A stretch of 63,479 nt of DNA, counting the filler, from Octopus bimaculoides (lineage: Eukaryota): the NCBI RefSeq assembly GCF_001194135.2. It is 5 parts of 5 records of this genome, joined end to end, with 100 filler letters (N's around TTAATTAATTAA, not from the genome) between each part and the next. Parts side by side here need not be neighbours in the genome. Positions count along the whole stretch, not along the records: positions 1 to 22,458 come from NC_068988.1; positions 22,559 to 45,064 come from NC_068991.1; 3 more parts are not named here. One strand, 5' to 3'. Position numbers and translations under genes: made by a program. Below, in pieces: positions 14,052-25,396 of the stretch; position 1 is the stretch's first letter; each line of letters opens with the position of its first letter. Below the pieces are notes generated by a model that was not told where the DNA came from, made no database searches, and saw only the letters and a program-made list of their open reading frames with translations.

Positions 14052-15708
14052 GTATATATATATNNNNNNNNNNNNNNNNNNNNNNNNNNNNNNNNNNNNN
14101 NNNNNNNNNNNNNNNNNNNNNNNNNNNNNNNNNNNNNNNNNNNNNNNNNNNNNNNNNNNNNNNNNNNNNNNNNNNNNNNNNNNNNNNNNNNNNNNNNNNN
14201 NNNNNNNNNNNNNNNNNNNNNNNNNNNNNNNNNNNNNNNNNNNNNNNNNNNNNNNNNNNNNNNNNNNNNNNNNNNNNNNNNNNNNNNNNNNNNNNNNNNN
14301 NNNNNCAGATTTGTGTGTGTGTGTGTGTGTGTGTGTGTATAAGTGTGCGTGCGTGCGTGCGTGCGTATGTGGATAAAAAGATTATACTTGTCCTTCCGCC
14401 AATTTGTACGTACAAAGATTCGATGCACACATTCACTGGAAAAGGTAAACATTTTACTTTGACTGATGCGGTTGTTATACACAACGAAAATCATCAAAAG
14501 AGAATTCGCAAGTATTGTTCTATTCCATTTCCCGAGAATGAGAAGGAGGAAAGGAGACACTAATTTTCTTTCTTATGTATAAATGTAAAATATCAAAGAA
14601 TTTGATCATTGAATACGACTATCATTTGTCATAAAACACGAAAACATCCTCAGAACTAGATTCTCATATATTCTCGGGAGAGACAATTGCATCGTACAAA
14701 AATAATCCTCAGTTATTTTTGAATTTATCAATTAATGCTATCTATTGATTAACTATCATCGATATCATCAAGGAGGGGAGGCAATGATACTCTTAATCGA
14801 TAATTCAAACTTTCGAATATTATTGAAAATTTTCTTTGACTGTCCTCAAATATTCCGCTTTATTTCCCGTTCGTGTTCATTAATTATACGCTAATTAGTT
14901 TCATTCACTTATTTCCTGTTTGCACAGTGGTAATTAAAGACAGTTAATGACAAAATTAATTTGTAAACGACTCATAAATATTTCAACTCTACAAAAAGCA
15001 TTCCATCATAATATTTAATTAATTGGTGTTAATTAGCTAGAAACAAAGCTTAGGCAAAGTTAAATCAAAGCCAAGATTAACAAAATAAATCAACTGCTAC
15101 TTTCTCACTCGTAAAATATCCCTTGGAAGGAAGGAAGGAAGGAAGGTGAGTCTTATTTCAAAGAACAAACCACCCTGATGATTTCTTTTGTGAAGCAAAT
15201 CATTCTTGACACCCTTCGTGGAATCAAGCTAACAAGAGAGACCTAATCCGTCGCTTAACAAACTCTCTCAGACACTATCCTCTTTTAAAAATATCTACGC
15301 TTAGATAATGCGACCAGGGTACGAAACTGGAAAGACAAAGTTGGATGTTAATGGCTTGAATGTCTTTTAGGACAGGTTTGCTGGAGTAAGTCTGACTATT
15401 GGATGAAAATAACAAATTCGACAAAACTTCATTCATGAAATATCTGTAACGGTAAAATATTTTGTGCAATTTAAAAAACTCATCACAAACTAATAAGAAA
15501 ATAAAGTCAACAAAACAATTGAGAAACAAAAACAAGAAAAAGTTGGATCGGAAGTGAGAAGAGTTTATAGAAACAGGAAGACAGTAGAATAATTTCGAAA
15601 AAAGAGCCATTCCTTATAACTGAACTGTCGAAACATTTTATTGGCAGATTTCTGGCAAAGAAGCTGATTTCCGGCCAGATGATACAATAACTATTCTGAA
15701 ATGTGTGT

Positions 15709-15741
<33 letters not shown>

Positions 15742-17299
15742 TGTTTTTCTGTCTGTGTGTGTGTGTGTATGTGTGTATTCACAACACCAGTGGTGACTTC
15801 CAGCCACCAGGCAAATGATAGAACGTCTTGAGTTTGAGATTTTGCACTATTTTTACATTTATTGGAAGATTTCTGGTGAAAACTATTAATGTTATTTCTG
15901 TTTCGATCTAGGTCTGACATGACTGAGAAGGTCTACGTTTAAAGGTGTCCTAGTTGTGACATTGGTTTTTTTTTTAATATCTTCGACTGCTTCATCCGAT
16001 GTGTTCCTCTTTTACTTTTTTTTAAAAATCATTTCTTTCTTACCCATCTAATGTTATCGATAAAGACCAAAGAGGATCAAAATATTTACAAACACCGAAA
16101 AGAATGCAGACGACACACAATATGAATTTGTGGCTCGTCTTTAAACGAATTTTGTCTAACTTTTTCTCATGGTTTATATGACAACCATGCAATGCCACTT
16201 TTACTGTACTTAAAACGTAATTTGATCAAGTGTATTCGCGGAATTTTTGTTAATGGTAAGTTTGGTATAAAAGTACACAGAACCAGTGTAGTTTAGAAAT
16301 ATGGCGAGACGGCTAAACCAATGAACAAATATCATACGGTAGTCAAGCCAGAAACTATAAAATTCAGGCCGTCAGTATCAATGAAAGTATGCAAAGACTG
16401 AAGATATCACAGAAAAGCAAGGAGTTATAAGGGAATCGTATGTAATGCTGGCCTCCAGGGATATTGCGTGTATGTGTTTACATTAATTAGGTAATTTAAT
16501 TTAATTATGTCTATTATAGCTAATTATTACGTCGGAGTAAAACAGCATGGTTAACGACCCTGTGTTAGTTCCATTCTACAGCTGTTGAGGCAAGATAATT
16601 TGCATGAAAAACCCTTGGCTTCCGTCTCGCTAAAGAATGACACGGAGCTTTTAGTACTGAATAGCATTAGACGATGAGGAAACGAAAGTTGTTGTTGTTG
16701 CTGCTGCTGTCTTGTTCGTTTTGCTATGACTTAGTCAACAGGGGAGGGGGCAGGGCCTATAACATTTGCAAGGGTATCAAAATTAGTCAGAGAAGGGTGA
16801 AAGGGACCTCGATTTATGGATTGCTGCAGAGTTATTCTTAGTTATTGTCAGACCTGTGAAGGCATCCGTGGAACTGGTGTTGGTGGTGTTAAGAGATGTA
16901 CAGGACGCAGTATCTAAGAATAAATAGAATCCGAAGAGCTTCCGCACTGTTTCAAATCCCAAACCCCAAACTCCAAACCCCAAGGTGCAAGGTCGAAAAC
17001 ACTTAATCAATGTTGCATGCATGGGAATTAAACCAGGTGGATGATTACGAAGCAGACGACTACTTCTACGAAACTTTTCTAATAACGCTCAGTTATTAAC
17101 ACAAAAAGACTGTTGGAAAAGATTTTATATTTTTCTTATCTCTTCAAAGCAATTTTTTCATTAAAATATTAAAGTACAGTTGATTATTTGCTTTAACTCG
17201 AAGTCGAAATGACACGGTCTCACTCCTTAGCATTACAACGGGTTTTTTGTTTGTTTTTGTTTCCATGAAAATATTGAAAAAAGAAATCCCGGTGTTAAA

Positions 17300-17520
17300 A
17301 AACAAACAAACCGCGATTCGGCCGCTCTCTGACACATCTATGGGCAGCCTGTGGCAGTAGAAACGACCGGTGTTCTCGGCCCCCGGACCACATCGATTCA
17401 TCTCTAGCGGTCGAGCGTCCATCATTGACAAGATCAAGGAAGGTCGAAAATCACGTGATCTGGTGGCCTCGGCGCTGGAGATGGCGGAAATGTATTTCCC
17501 CGCTAGCGATATAAACAAGA
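17300..17520. promoter_or_regulatory. CpG-rich promoter-like island with E-box and YY1-like motifs
   Basis: Locally CpG-dense against the AT-rich background. Contains TCACGTGA (~17451-17458) and GAGATGGCGG (~17478-17487), and no recognisable repeat family. Confidence 0.4.
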
Positions 17521-17953
17521 GTACATTTTACACCAAAAGCCATTTTGAGAGCTTCACTTATGGCATCTACCGCAATATAACTCATTCTAACTGAACATCC
17601 TCGTTGAAGTGGGGATAAATATAAACTTATGTTGAACAGGGGCCTTTAATCTAACGTGGGACCAATCATTTCCTATAAAGCTTTTGTTATATGCTTAGAT
17701 ATTTACTTCAAACAGACATCTAACTCCCAGCAACAATAATAAGACGTTAGATAGGCTTGTATCAGACATGTGTCTCTGCAGATACTTCCGCTAAACTTAT
17801 GCCCCAACATCTTTTCTTGTTTTGTTTCCGTCTGAGGCAAACTAACCAACTACCAGCTCTGTACTTTTAGCCTGAAAACACATTTTGTGCTTTTGTATGT
17901 GTATATATGTTTCGAGGTAGGTATGTATGTAGTATGTATGCATATACATAGGA

Positions 17954-17988
<35 letters not shown>

Positions 17989-19953
17989 NNNNNNNNNNNN
18001 NNNNNNNNNNNNNNNNNNNNNNNNNNNNNNNNNNNNNNNNNNNNNNNNNNNNNNNNNNNNNNNNNNNNNNNNNNNNNNNNNNNNNNNNNNNNNNNNNNNN
18101 NNNNNNNNNNNNNNNNNNNNNNNNNNNNNNNNNNNNNNNNNNNNNNNNNNNNNNNNNNNNNNNNNNNNNNNNNNNNNNNNNNNNNNNNNNNNNNNNNNNN
18201 NNNNNNNNNNNNNNNNNNNNNNNNNNNNNNNNNNNNNNNNNNNNNNNNNNNNNNNNNNNNNNNNNNNNNNNNNNNNNNNNNNNNNNNNNNNNNNNNNNNN
18301 NNNNNNNNNNNNNNNNNNNNNNNNNNNNNNNNNNNNNNNNNNNNNNNNNNNNNNNNNNNNNNNNNNNNNNNNNNNNNNNNNNNNNNNNNNNNNNNNNNNN
18401 NNNNNNNNNNNNNNNNNNNNNNNNNNNNNNNNNNNNNNNNNNNNNNNNNNNNNNNNNNNNNNNNNNNNNNNNNNNNNNNNNNNNNNNNNNNNNNNNNNNN
18501 NNNNNNNNNNNNNNNNNNNNNNNNNNNNNNNNNNNNNNNNNNNNNNNNNNNNNNNNNNNNNNNNNNNNNNNNNNNNNNNNNNNNNNNNNNNNNNNNNNNN
18601 NNNNNNNNNNNNNNNNNNNNNNNNNNNNNNNNNNNNNNNNNNNNNNNNNNNNNNNNNNNNNNNNNNNNNNNNNNNNNNNNNNNNNNNNNNNNNNNNNNNN
18701 NNNNNCGAAGTGAAGTAAAAATGCTTGCTTTTTTCTATAAATTTCATTTAATTCTTACATCACTTGTGATAGAAACATATGTTAAACATACGGTCCGGGA
18801 TTTCTGTACAGTTGACGATATAATACGTTTTAATGTCCTGGTGGCATATTATCGTATAACAGGGGTCACTTGAAGTTTCTATCTCTCTCTCTCTCTCTCT
18901 CATACACACACACACATACACACGCACGCACACACACATACACATATGATATATATGTCTGTATGTATAACCACCCTCCGTGCACAAGTGTTTAGGTACA
19001 CGTTCTATCACTTGCATTTACTTTCTACTTCTGTCTCTATTCCCCACACCGTCTGCCTTTCTCTCCACGCACACACATCGGTGGACTCACTCATAATCAC
19101 ACACACTGACACACACACACACACTGACACGTTTACATACATAGATGCACATGTGTATATATACACACACATATATACATACATACATACATACATGCAT
19201 ACATACATATNNNNNNNNNNNNNNNNNNNNNNNNNNNNNNNNNNNNNNNNNNNNNNNNNNNNNNNNNNNNNNNNNNNNNNNNNNNNNNNNNNNNNNNNNN
19301 NNNNNNNNNNNNNNNNNNNNNNNNNNNNNNNNNNNNNNNNNNNNNNNNNNNNNNNNNNNNNNNNNNNNNNNNNNNNNNNNNNNNNNNNNNNNNNNNNNNN
19401 NNNNNNNNNNNNNNNNNNNNNNNNNNNNNNNNNNNNNNNNNNNNNNNNNNNNNNNNNNNNNNNNNNNNNNNNNNNNNNNNNNNNNNNNNNNNNNNNNNNN
19501 NNNNNNNNNNNNNNNNNNNNNNNNNNNNNNNNNNNNNNNNNNNNNNNNNNNNNNNNNNNNNNNNNNNNNNNNNNNNNNNNNNNNNNNNNNNNNNNNNNNN
19601 NNNNNNNNNNNNNNNNNNNNNNNNNNNNNNNNNNNNNNNNNNNNNNNNNNNNNNNNNNNNNNNNNNNNNNNNNNNNNNNNNNNNNNNNNNNNNNNNNNNN
19701 NNNNNNNNNNNNNNNNNNNNNNNNNNNNNNNNNNNNNNNNNNNNNNNNNNNNNNNNNNNNNNNNTATATTAGAAACAAGTTTCAAACAAAAAAATGTCTA
19801 CACCTAGTATAAATAGTGGAAAAGAAACAAAGAAAATATAGACAAGATATAAAAGCAACGGCTTCCTTTTATAAAAACAAAGATATAGACATACAAATAA
19901 TAATTTGAGGTGGAATTGAGAAGTATAAAACTCATTATCATGAGTGAATATAG

Positions 19954-19992
19954 AAAGTCATACCGGTTTCGTCATCGCTATTCATTGACTTT
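19954..19992 (-). ncRNA. Minimal type I hammerhead-like motif (left arm of foldback; A3-U8 core, GUA site)
   Basis: aaagtca-ATGAATA-GCGATGAC-GAAA-CCGG-TA-tgacttt: 7-bp helix I, 1-bp helix II, palindromic ACCGGU helix III. Confidence 0.6.
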
Positions 19993-20264
19993 GAATTAAC
20001 ACCGATTTCCAAACGGTGTTGAATCTAATTGTACCTGAGTGAAAAGATTGCATACAGCGGAGATAAGCAGTTCTGAAAGTGATGTAGTTAAGGTAGATAC
20101 GATTAACAGAATATGGATGGTATATCGGTTGTATGAGGATTAGTGGTATTATTGGTATTAGTACAGTTAGTAGTGTCCTGTTTTAAGTTGTGCGTTCACG
20201 TTAAGTTGTGGTTAATGAAAGTTACCTATTAGACTCAATACCGATTGGAAATCGGTATTGATTC

Positions 20265-20303
20265 AAAGTCAGTGAACAGCGATGACGAAACCGGTGTGAC
20301 TTT
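20265..20303 (+). ncRNA. Minimal type I hammerhead-like motif (right arm; G3-C8 core, G at position 17)
   Basis: aaagtca-GTGAACA-GCGATGAC-GAAA-CCGG-TG-tgacttt: same fold as the left arm, but the GUG triplet is predicted not to cleave. Confidence 0.55.
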
Positions 20304-20683
20304 CTATATTGACTAATAATCTTTATACTTCTTAATTCCACCCGAAATCCTTTATTTGTATGTATATATCTTTGTTTATATAAAAGAAAAAAACATTACT
20401 TTTATACCTAGTGTCCATTTTCCTTGTTTCTTTTTACTATTCTCCTATATATAGATACATATATATATATGCGGTCATGTTGGGACATCGCCTTCAAGTA
20501 ATTTAGTGTAGCGAATTGACCCCAGTACCTATTCTTTTAAGCCTTGTACATATTCTGTCTGTTTCTTTTGTCGAACGCTTGTTTGCGGGGACTTAATCAC
20601 AACACCACTTGTCAAGCGGTGATGGGGGACAAGCAACTACATGCCCATATATGCACGTATGTATGTATCTATATGTATATCTA

Positions 20684-20725
<42 letters not shown>

Positions 20726-22128
20726 NNNNNNNNNNNNNNNNNNNNNNNNNNNNNNNNNNNNNNNNNNNNNNNNNNNNNNNNNNNNNNNNNNNNNNNNNNN
20801 NNNNNNNNNNNNNNNNNNNNNNNNNNNNNNNNNNNNNNNNNNNNNNNNNNNNNNNNNNNNNNNNNNNNNNNNNNNNNNNNNNNNNNNNNNNNNNNNNNNN
20901 NNNNNNNNNNNNNNNNNNNNNNNNNNNNNNNNNNNNNNNNNNNNNNNNNNNNNNNNNNNNNNNNNNNNNNNNNNNNNNNNNNNNNNNNNNNNNNNNNNNN
21001 NNNNNNNNNNNNNNNNNNNNNNNNNNNNNNNNNNNNNNNNNNNNNNNNNNNNNNNNNNNNNNNNNNNNNNNNNNNNNNNNNNNNNNNNNNNNNNNNNNNN
21101 NNNNNNNNNNNNNNNNNNNNNNNNNNNNNNNNNNNNNNNNNNNNNNNNNNNNNNNNNNNNNNNNNNNNNNNNNNNNNNNNNNNNNNNNNNNNNNNNNNNN
21201 NNNNNNNNNNNNNNNNNNNNNNNNNNNNNNNNNNNNNNNNNNNNNNNNNNNNNNNNNNNNNNNNNNNNNNNNNNNNNNNNNNNNNNNNNNNNNNNNNNNN
21301 NNNNNNNNNNNNNNNNNNNNNNNNNNTATGTATATATTAATATTAGGGACAAAATCCAAAATTACAGGTAAAAACTCAATTAAAATCAATTTATAAAAAA
21401 TTAAAATTAAATTGAGCTTTATAGATAAAATATATATAAAATATATAGTTTTAGGGAAAATTCGTAATATATATATATATATATAGATTTTCATTAAATA
21501 TATATGTATCAGTTTTTTATCTATATATATAATACATACATACATGTATGCTTGTGTATAATTCCTATGTATGTATGTATATGTACATGCGCATGCGCGT
21601 GTATGTGTGCGTATGTGTGTAGGTTTGCCTTTATTCAAAATTATAAATACTGCCTATGTCTGCGAAAAGTTGAAAACTCTAAAAATAGATGAATTTTGAA
21701 AGAAAAATAACATCAATTTATATATGTTTTTTAAAATCTAATATAATGTTTATTTAGTATTATAATTATTTATAAACCCTTATAGGGGAACAGTTGTGAG
21801 AAATATCAATGAAGATTTTAAGGCGTATAAAATATTCTTTAGAAATTTCACAACTGAAATTCTAATTAAAATATTTTCTGTAAAATTTAATTCGCATTTG
21901 AAATATTCTAAATATTGAACTTTAATTGAAAGTTGGTCAATTTAGAACATCGATACGATATAAATACTTTTTATATCAGTAATTAACTGTATCTTGAGAT
22001 AGTTCAGTAAAAGCCCAGCTTACTTTTGATATTACACTGATGTATATATACATACTTACTTCAGCAATGTAATTACACGTGTGCCGTTGCCGATTTCTCT
22101 TCCAGTTTTGAACTTTACCCTTTTTTTC

Positions 22129-22161
22129 TTTCCGACGAAGAGCTAAGTTCGAAACGTCAAA
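22129..22161 (+). ncRNA. Minimal hammerhead-like motif, same family as 721-756
   Basis: ttt-CCGACGA-A-GAGCtaaGTTC-GAAA-CG-TC-aaa: one substitution (U4 to C) from the canonical CUGANGA core. The downstream flank shares aactaatacat with the 650-720 copy. Confidence 0.5.
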
Positions 22162-22458
22162 AGCTCTCTCCTTTTACTCAACGTGAAACTAATACATTCT
22201 TTGTGAAAGCCCTCTTGTTGTCTATTATTGTTAATTTTATAATTCGATTTTCTGAAATGATTGTTTATTTGAATTAATTAAATAGAAAACATCTAGCCTA
22301 TATGCTGAAAAGAGACGCTAAATCATCCACCATTTTATATGTATATACGCGCACACACACACACACACACACACACATATTTATATATATATATATATAT
22401 ACATAGTGAATTCAAATAATCAATCAATTCAAATAAACATTTCTCTCTGTGTTTATTT

Positions 22459-22558
22459 NNNNNNNNNNNNNNNNNNNNNNNNNNNNNNNNNNNNNNNNNN
22501 NNTTAATTAATTAANNNNNNNNNNNNNNNNNNNNNNNNNNNNNNNNNNNNNNNNNNNN
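22459..22558. other. Synthetic scaffold spacer 44N-TTAATTAATTAA-44N (also 45065-45164, 51879-51978, 57063-57162)
   Basis: Four identical 100-nt constructs. TTAATTAATTAA places stops in all six frames. Confidence 0.95.
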
Positions 22559-22587
22559 CACACACACACACATATATATTTATATAT

Positions 22588-22664
<77 letters not shown>

Positions 22665-22877
22665 CACATACAGTTTAGAGCTGCATATACAGAAATATGA
22701 GCGTGTGTGTATATACACACACTCACATATTTTAAAGATTCAGATATATATGACTGATTTCCTGTGAATATATAAGCAAAATATTTGACAAAGAAATCTG
22801 AAAGTTAAAGGGTTAAACCACACATTCGTACCAGATTCACGTGCAACAGATGCAACTCTTGAATGCAGTAAACTCAC

Positions 22878-22975
22878 CTCATGTTAATCTCATTGAATGT
22901 AGTCAACATTGCGCATGTGTTCTGTGCATCCTTAAGGCGTTGAGCAATCTTCTGACGCATTCGGTTCATTTTCAC
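22878..22975 (-). CDS. DLST: DLST exon: start of catalytic domain [32 protein letters not shown]
   Basis: Near-identical to the conserved [28 protein letters not shown] segment of animal DLST. Acceptor ccattcaag, donor AG|gtgagt, 98 bp, phase 0 to 2. Confidence 0.97.
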
Positions 22976-23799
22976 CTTGAATGGTTGAAAAGAGAAAAAT
23001 ATATTACGACAAATGAAAGTTGGGTTGAATATAGAAGAGTGGTGGTGGTGGTGGTGGAGGTAGTGGTTGTATAGCAATAGTCAGTGGATGATGGCATGAA
23101 TATATAGCTGATATAAATATATAAACTTTTACAAGGTAAAGGTTGACAGTAGTTTCACAGTTTCGGTTTTCTAAGCATCATCAAATTGTTACTGTTAACC
23201 TTTATCTTGTAAAAATTAATAAACATGTACTCTATTAAAAGTTATTGAATCATCCTTCAGTTTAATATTTATCTGTTTATACATCATCATCATTTAATGT
23301 TTGTTGTCCATGTTGGGATGGGTTGGACGATGTAACTGGAACTAGTAAATGTCTACGAACCTCAAGACATTTTTATTTACCGCTTTCCATCTATGAAATT
23401 TTACACGCGAAAAGTTGAATGTAGGGGAGATAAGTCACAAAGACATAAATCGGAGCTAATCATTAATTACCTCCCTTGAGCCAAGAAAGATAACACATCT
23501 CTTCCTCGGTAAGAGTTACTTTCCTTTCTCATATCGCATTTCGCGTGTTACTGTTGTTTAGCCCCAAGCCAGCCTTGTTAAACCAGATCTACGACAGAGA
23601 TGACACTCTAGTCGCCTCCTTCACTTTTTTTTTTGCTTTCGTACAGGAGAATTCTTGCCTACATTATTCAATGTGCCCTTTTTCTAAAAAGATATGGTGT
23701 GACACGAAGGATTTGGCTATTTCAAGCAGATTTAAAGACCATGTAGAGGCTCCTTCATAAGGTCGTTTCTGTGGAATGAGCATGGAGAGGGACAATATA

Positions 23800-24510
23800 T
23801 AGGAGTGACAGTGTGAAGTGACACAATATATATAGTGTGTCATGGCATATTAGCGATACTATGCGAAGTGACATTATAGAGTGTGACACCACAATGATGT
23901 AACACTGTGATATGGCACAGTGACCTCACAATGTGACATGATGTCAAGTGACATATAGTGATATGACATGAAATGACATTATACATACACAGTGACATGA
24001 CATTATAACACCAATGTTATTTGATGTAGCATTATACAGTGTAACGTGGAGGCGCAATGGCCCAGTGGTTAGGGCAGCAGACTCGTGGTCATAGGATCGC
24101 GGTTTCGATTCCCAGACCAGGCGTTGTGAGTGCTTATTGAGTGAAAACACCTAAGGCTCCACAAGGCTCTGGCAGAGGATGGTGGCGAACCCTGCTCTAC
24201 TCTTTCACCACAACTTTCTCTCACTCTTTCTTCCTGTTTCTGCTGTGCCTGTAATTCAAAGTGTCAGCCTTGTCACACTGTGTCACGCTGAATCTCCCCG
24301 AGGACTACGTTAAGGGTACACATGTCTGTGGAGTGCTCAGCCACTTGCACGTTAATTTCACGAGCAGGCTGTTCTGTTGATCGGATCAACTGGAACCCTC
24401 GATGTCATAAGCGATGGAGTGCCAACAACAAAAAACAACAAAAATACAGTGTAACATGACATCGAATGACAATGTGCGTGACATAATGGGGAGTAACACC
24501 ATATAGTGTA
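23800..24510. repeat. Degenerate GTGACA/ATGACA-rich satellite interrupted by a SINE
   Basis: Repeated gtgaca/tgacat motifs on both sides of the 24049-24443 SINE. Confidence 0.65.
24049..24443 (+). mobile_element. tRNA-headed SINE family B, full length, with 15-bp TSD
   Basis: A-box TGGCCCAGTGG, B-box-like GGTTTCGATTCC, CAA-rich tail. TSD atacagtgtaac(g/a)tg at 24034-24048 and 24444-24458. Other copies at 42091-42413(+), ~29270-29460(-) and ~54470-54630(-). Confidence 0.9.
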
Positions 24511-24555
24511 ACAAATAAACATTGGTGAAATATTTACAAAACGTCACACACACAC

Positions 24556-24890
24556 TCATCATCATCGTTCAACATCCGCTTTCCATGCTAGCATGGGTTG
24601 GACGATTTGACAGAGGACTGGTGAACCAGATGGCTACACCAGGCCCCAATCTGATCTGGCAGAGTTTTTACAGCTGGATGCCCTTCCTAATGCCAACCAC
24701 TCAGAGAGTGTAGTGGGTGCTTTTACGTGCCACCGGCACGAGGGCCAGTCACGCGGTACTGGCAACGGCCACGCTAAAAAGGTGTTTTACACGTGCCACC
24801 TGCATGGGAGCCAGTCCAGCGGCACTGGCAACTACCTCACACGAATGATTTTCTAACATGCCACCAGCACAAGTGCTAGAAGGCAACGCT
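24556..24890 (-). mobile_element. RTE-like LINE 3' tail
   Basis: The minus strand ends ...ccaacccatgctagcatggaaagcggatgttgaacgatgatgatga (GAT-repeat tail). Upstream it carries the gttgccagtgccgctggactggctc unit also seen at 51.6-51.9 kb. Shorter fragments at ~23285, ~39540 and ~42690. Confidence 0.55.
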
Positions 24891-24935
24891 ATATATACAT
24901 ACACACCTACACTAAACACAACAATAAACAATTAC

Positions 24936-25183
24936 CCGCTGTTCAGTTCTAGCAGTTGGGGCTGCACTGACAGCAGGAACAGCACCAGCAGCAGCTGTGG
25001 CAGGCTGCGGCAGTTGCACGGTAGATGGTGGAGTAGTAGCCATTGGCTTTGAGGGGAGAGGAGTCACAGGTGGTGGCGTGCTTGGTATAGGTCCAGCAGC
25101 GGCTGCAGCTGGTGGTGGTGGAGGTGGTGGTGAAGTCTCGACAGCAGCAGCGGCAGGTGGTGGTGGTGGTGCAGCTCCACCAG
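24936..25183 (-). CDS. DLST: DLST exon: Pro/Ala-rich flexible linker ending ...APTARTEQR
   Basis: Lies within ORF 24912..25199(-). Acceptor tttattttacag, donor CGG|gtaatt, 248 bp, phase 1 to 0. RTEQR joins the following VKMNRMR motif. Confidence 0.93.
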
Positions 25184-25396
25184 CTGTAAAATAAAACAAA
25201 ATTAATTAAAAGTAACTTAAGAGTAATGAATTTTTTTTTAAACAAAAGGAAAAAATAAGTGGCTACCAAGCCCACAAATCTAAAGAGGAATTTGCAGTTT
25301 ACCCCAATATATGACTGGTAGAGCAATATGTTTTCTCAAACATCAGGACAGATGGGCATTGGCTCCTATAGGATTTGAATTTGGACAAGTTTTTAA

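Larger units (their letters stand above)
19812..20441. mobile_element. Long imperfect inverted repeat (arms ~19812-20034 and ~20221-20441), Penelope-like inverted pLTR or foldback
   Basis: Direct reverse-complement comparison, e.g. aatatagaaagtcataccggtttcgtcatcgct versus agcgatgacgaaaccggtgtgactttctatatt. The match extends outward through the gtggaatt.agaagtataaa and aaagaaacaa segments. The spacer is ~190 bp. The PLE assignment is inferred from the hammerhead motifs. Confidence 0.8.

Noticed and set aside
17842-21638. Long ORFs of 220-333 aa in the track (also 37375-38169, 43781-44804, 55427-56444)
   Set aside because: They consist of N runs and microsatellite translations (YIYI, HTHT, CVCV).
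22503-22514. Recurrent TTAATTAATTAA palindrome (four copies) as a regulatory or insertion motif
   Set aside because: It is always centred in exactly 44 N + 44 N and is a six-frame stop linker, so it is an assembly spacer, not biology.
22883-22885. Genomic AAC (EINM) where many animal DLSTs have Asp, as a candidate restorative A-to-I recoding site
   Set aside because: Asn occurs naturally at this position in homologues (E. coli SucB has EVNM), so there is no need to invoke editing. RNA-versus-DNA reads at 22885 would settle it.
24048-24115. tRNA gene calls at SINE heads
   Set aside because: The A/B boxes continue into conserved SINE bodies and tails in many copies, with no proper acceptor stem.
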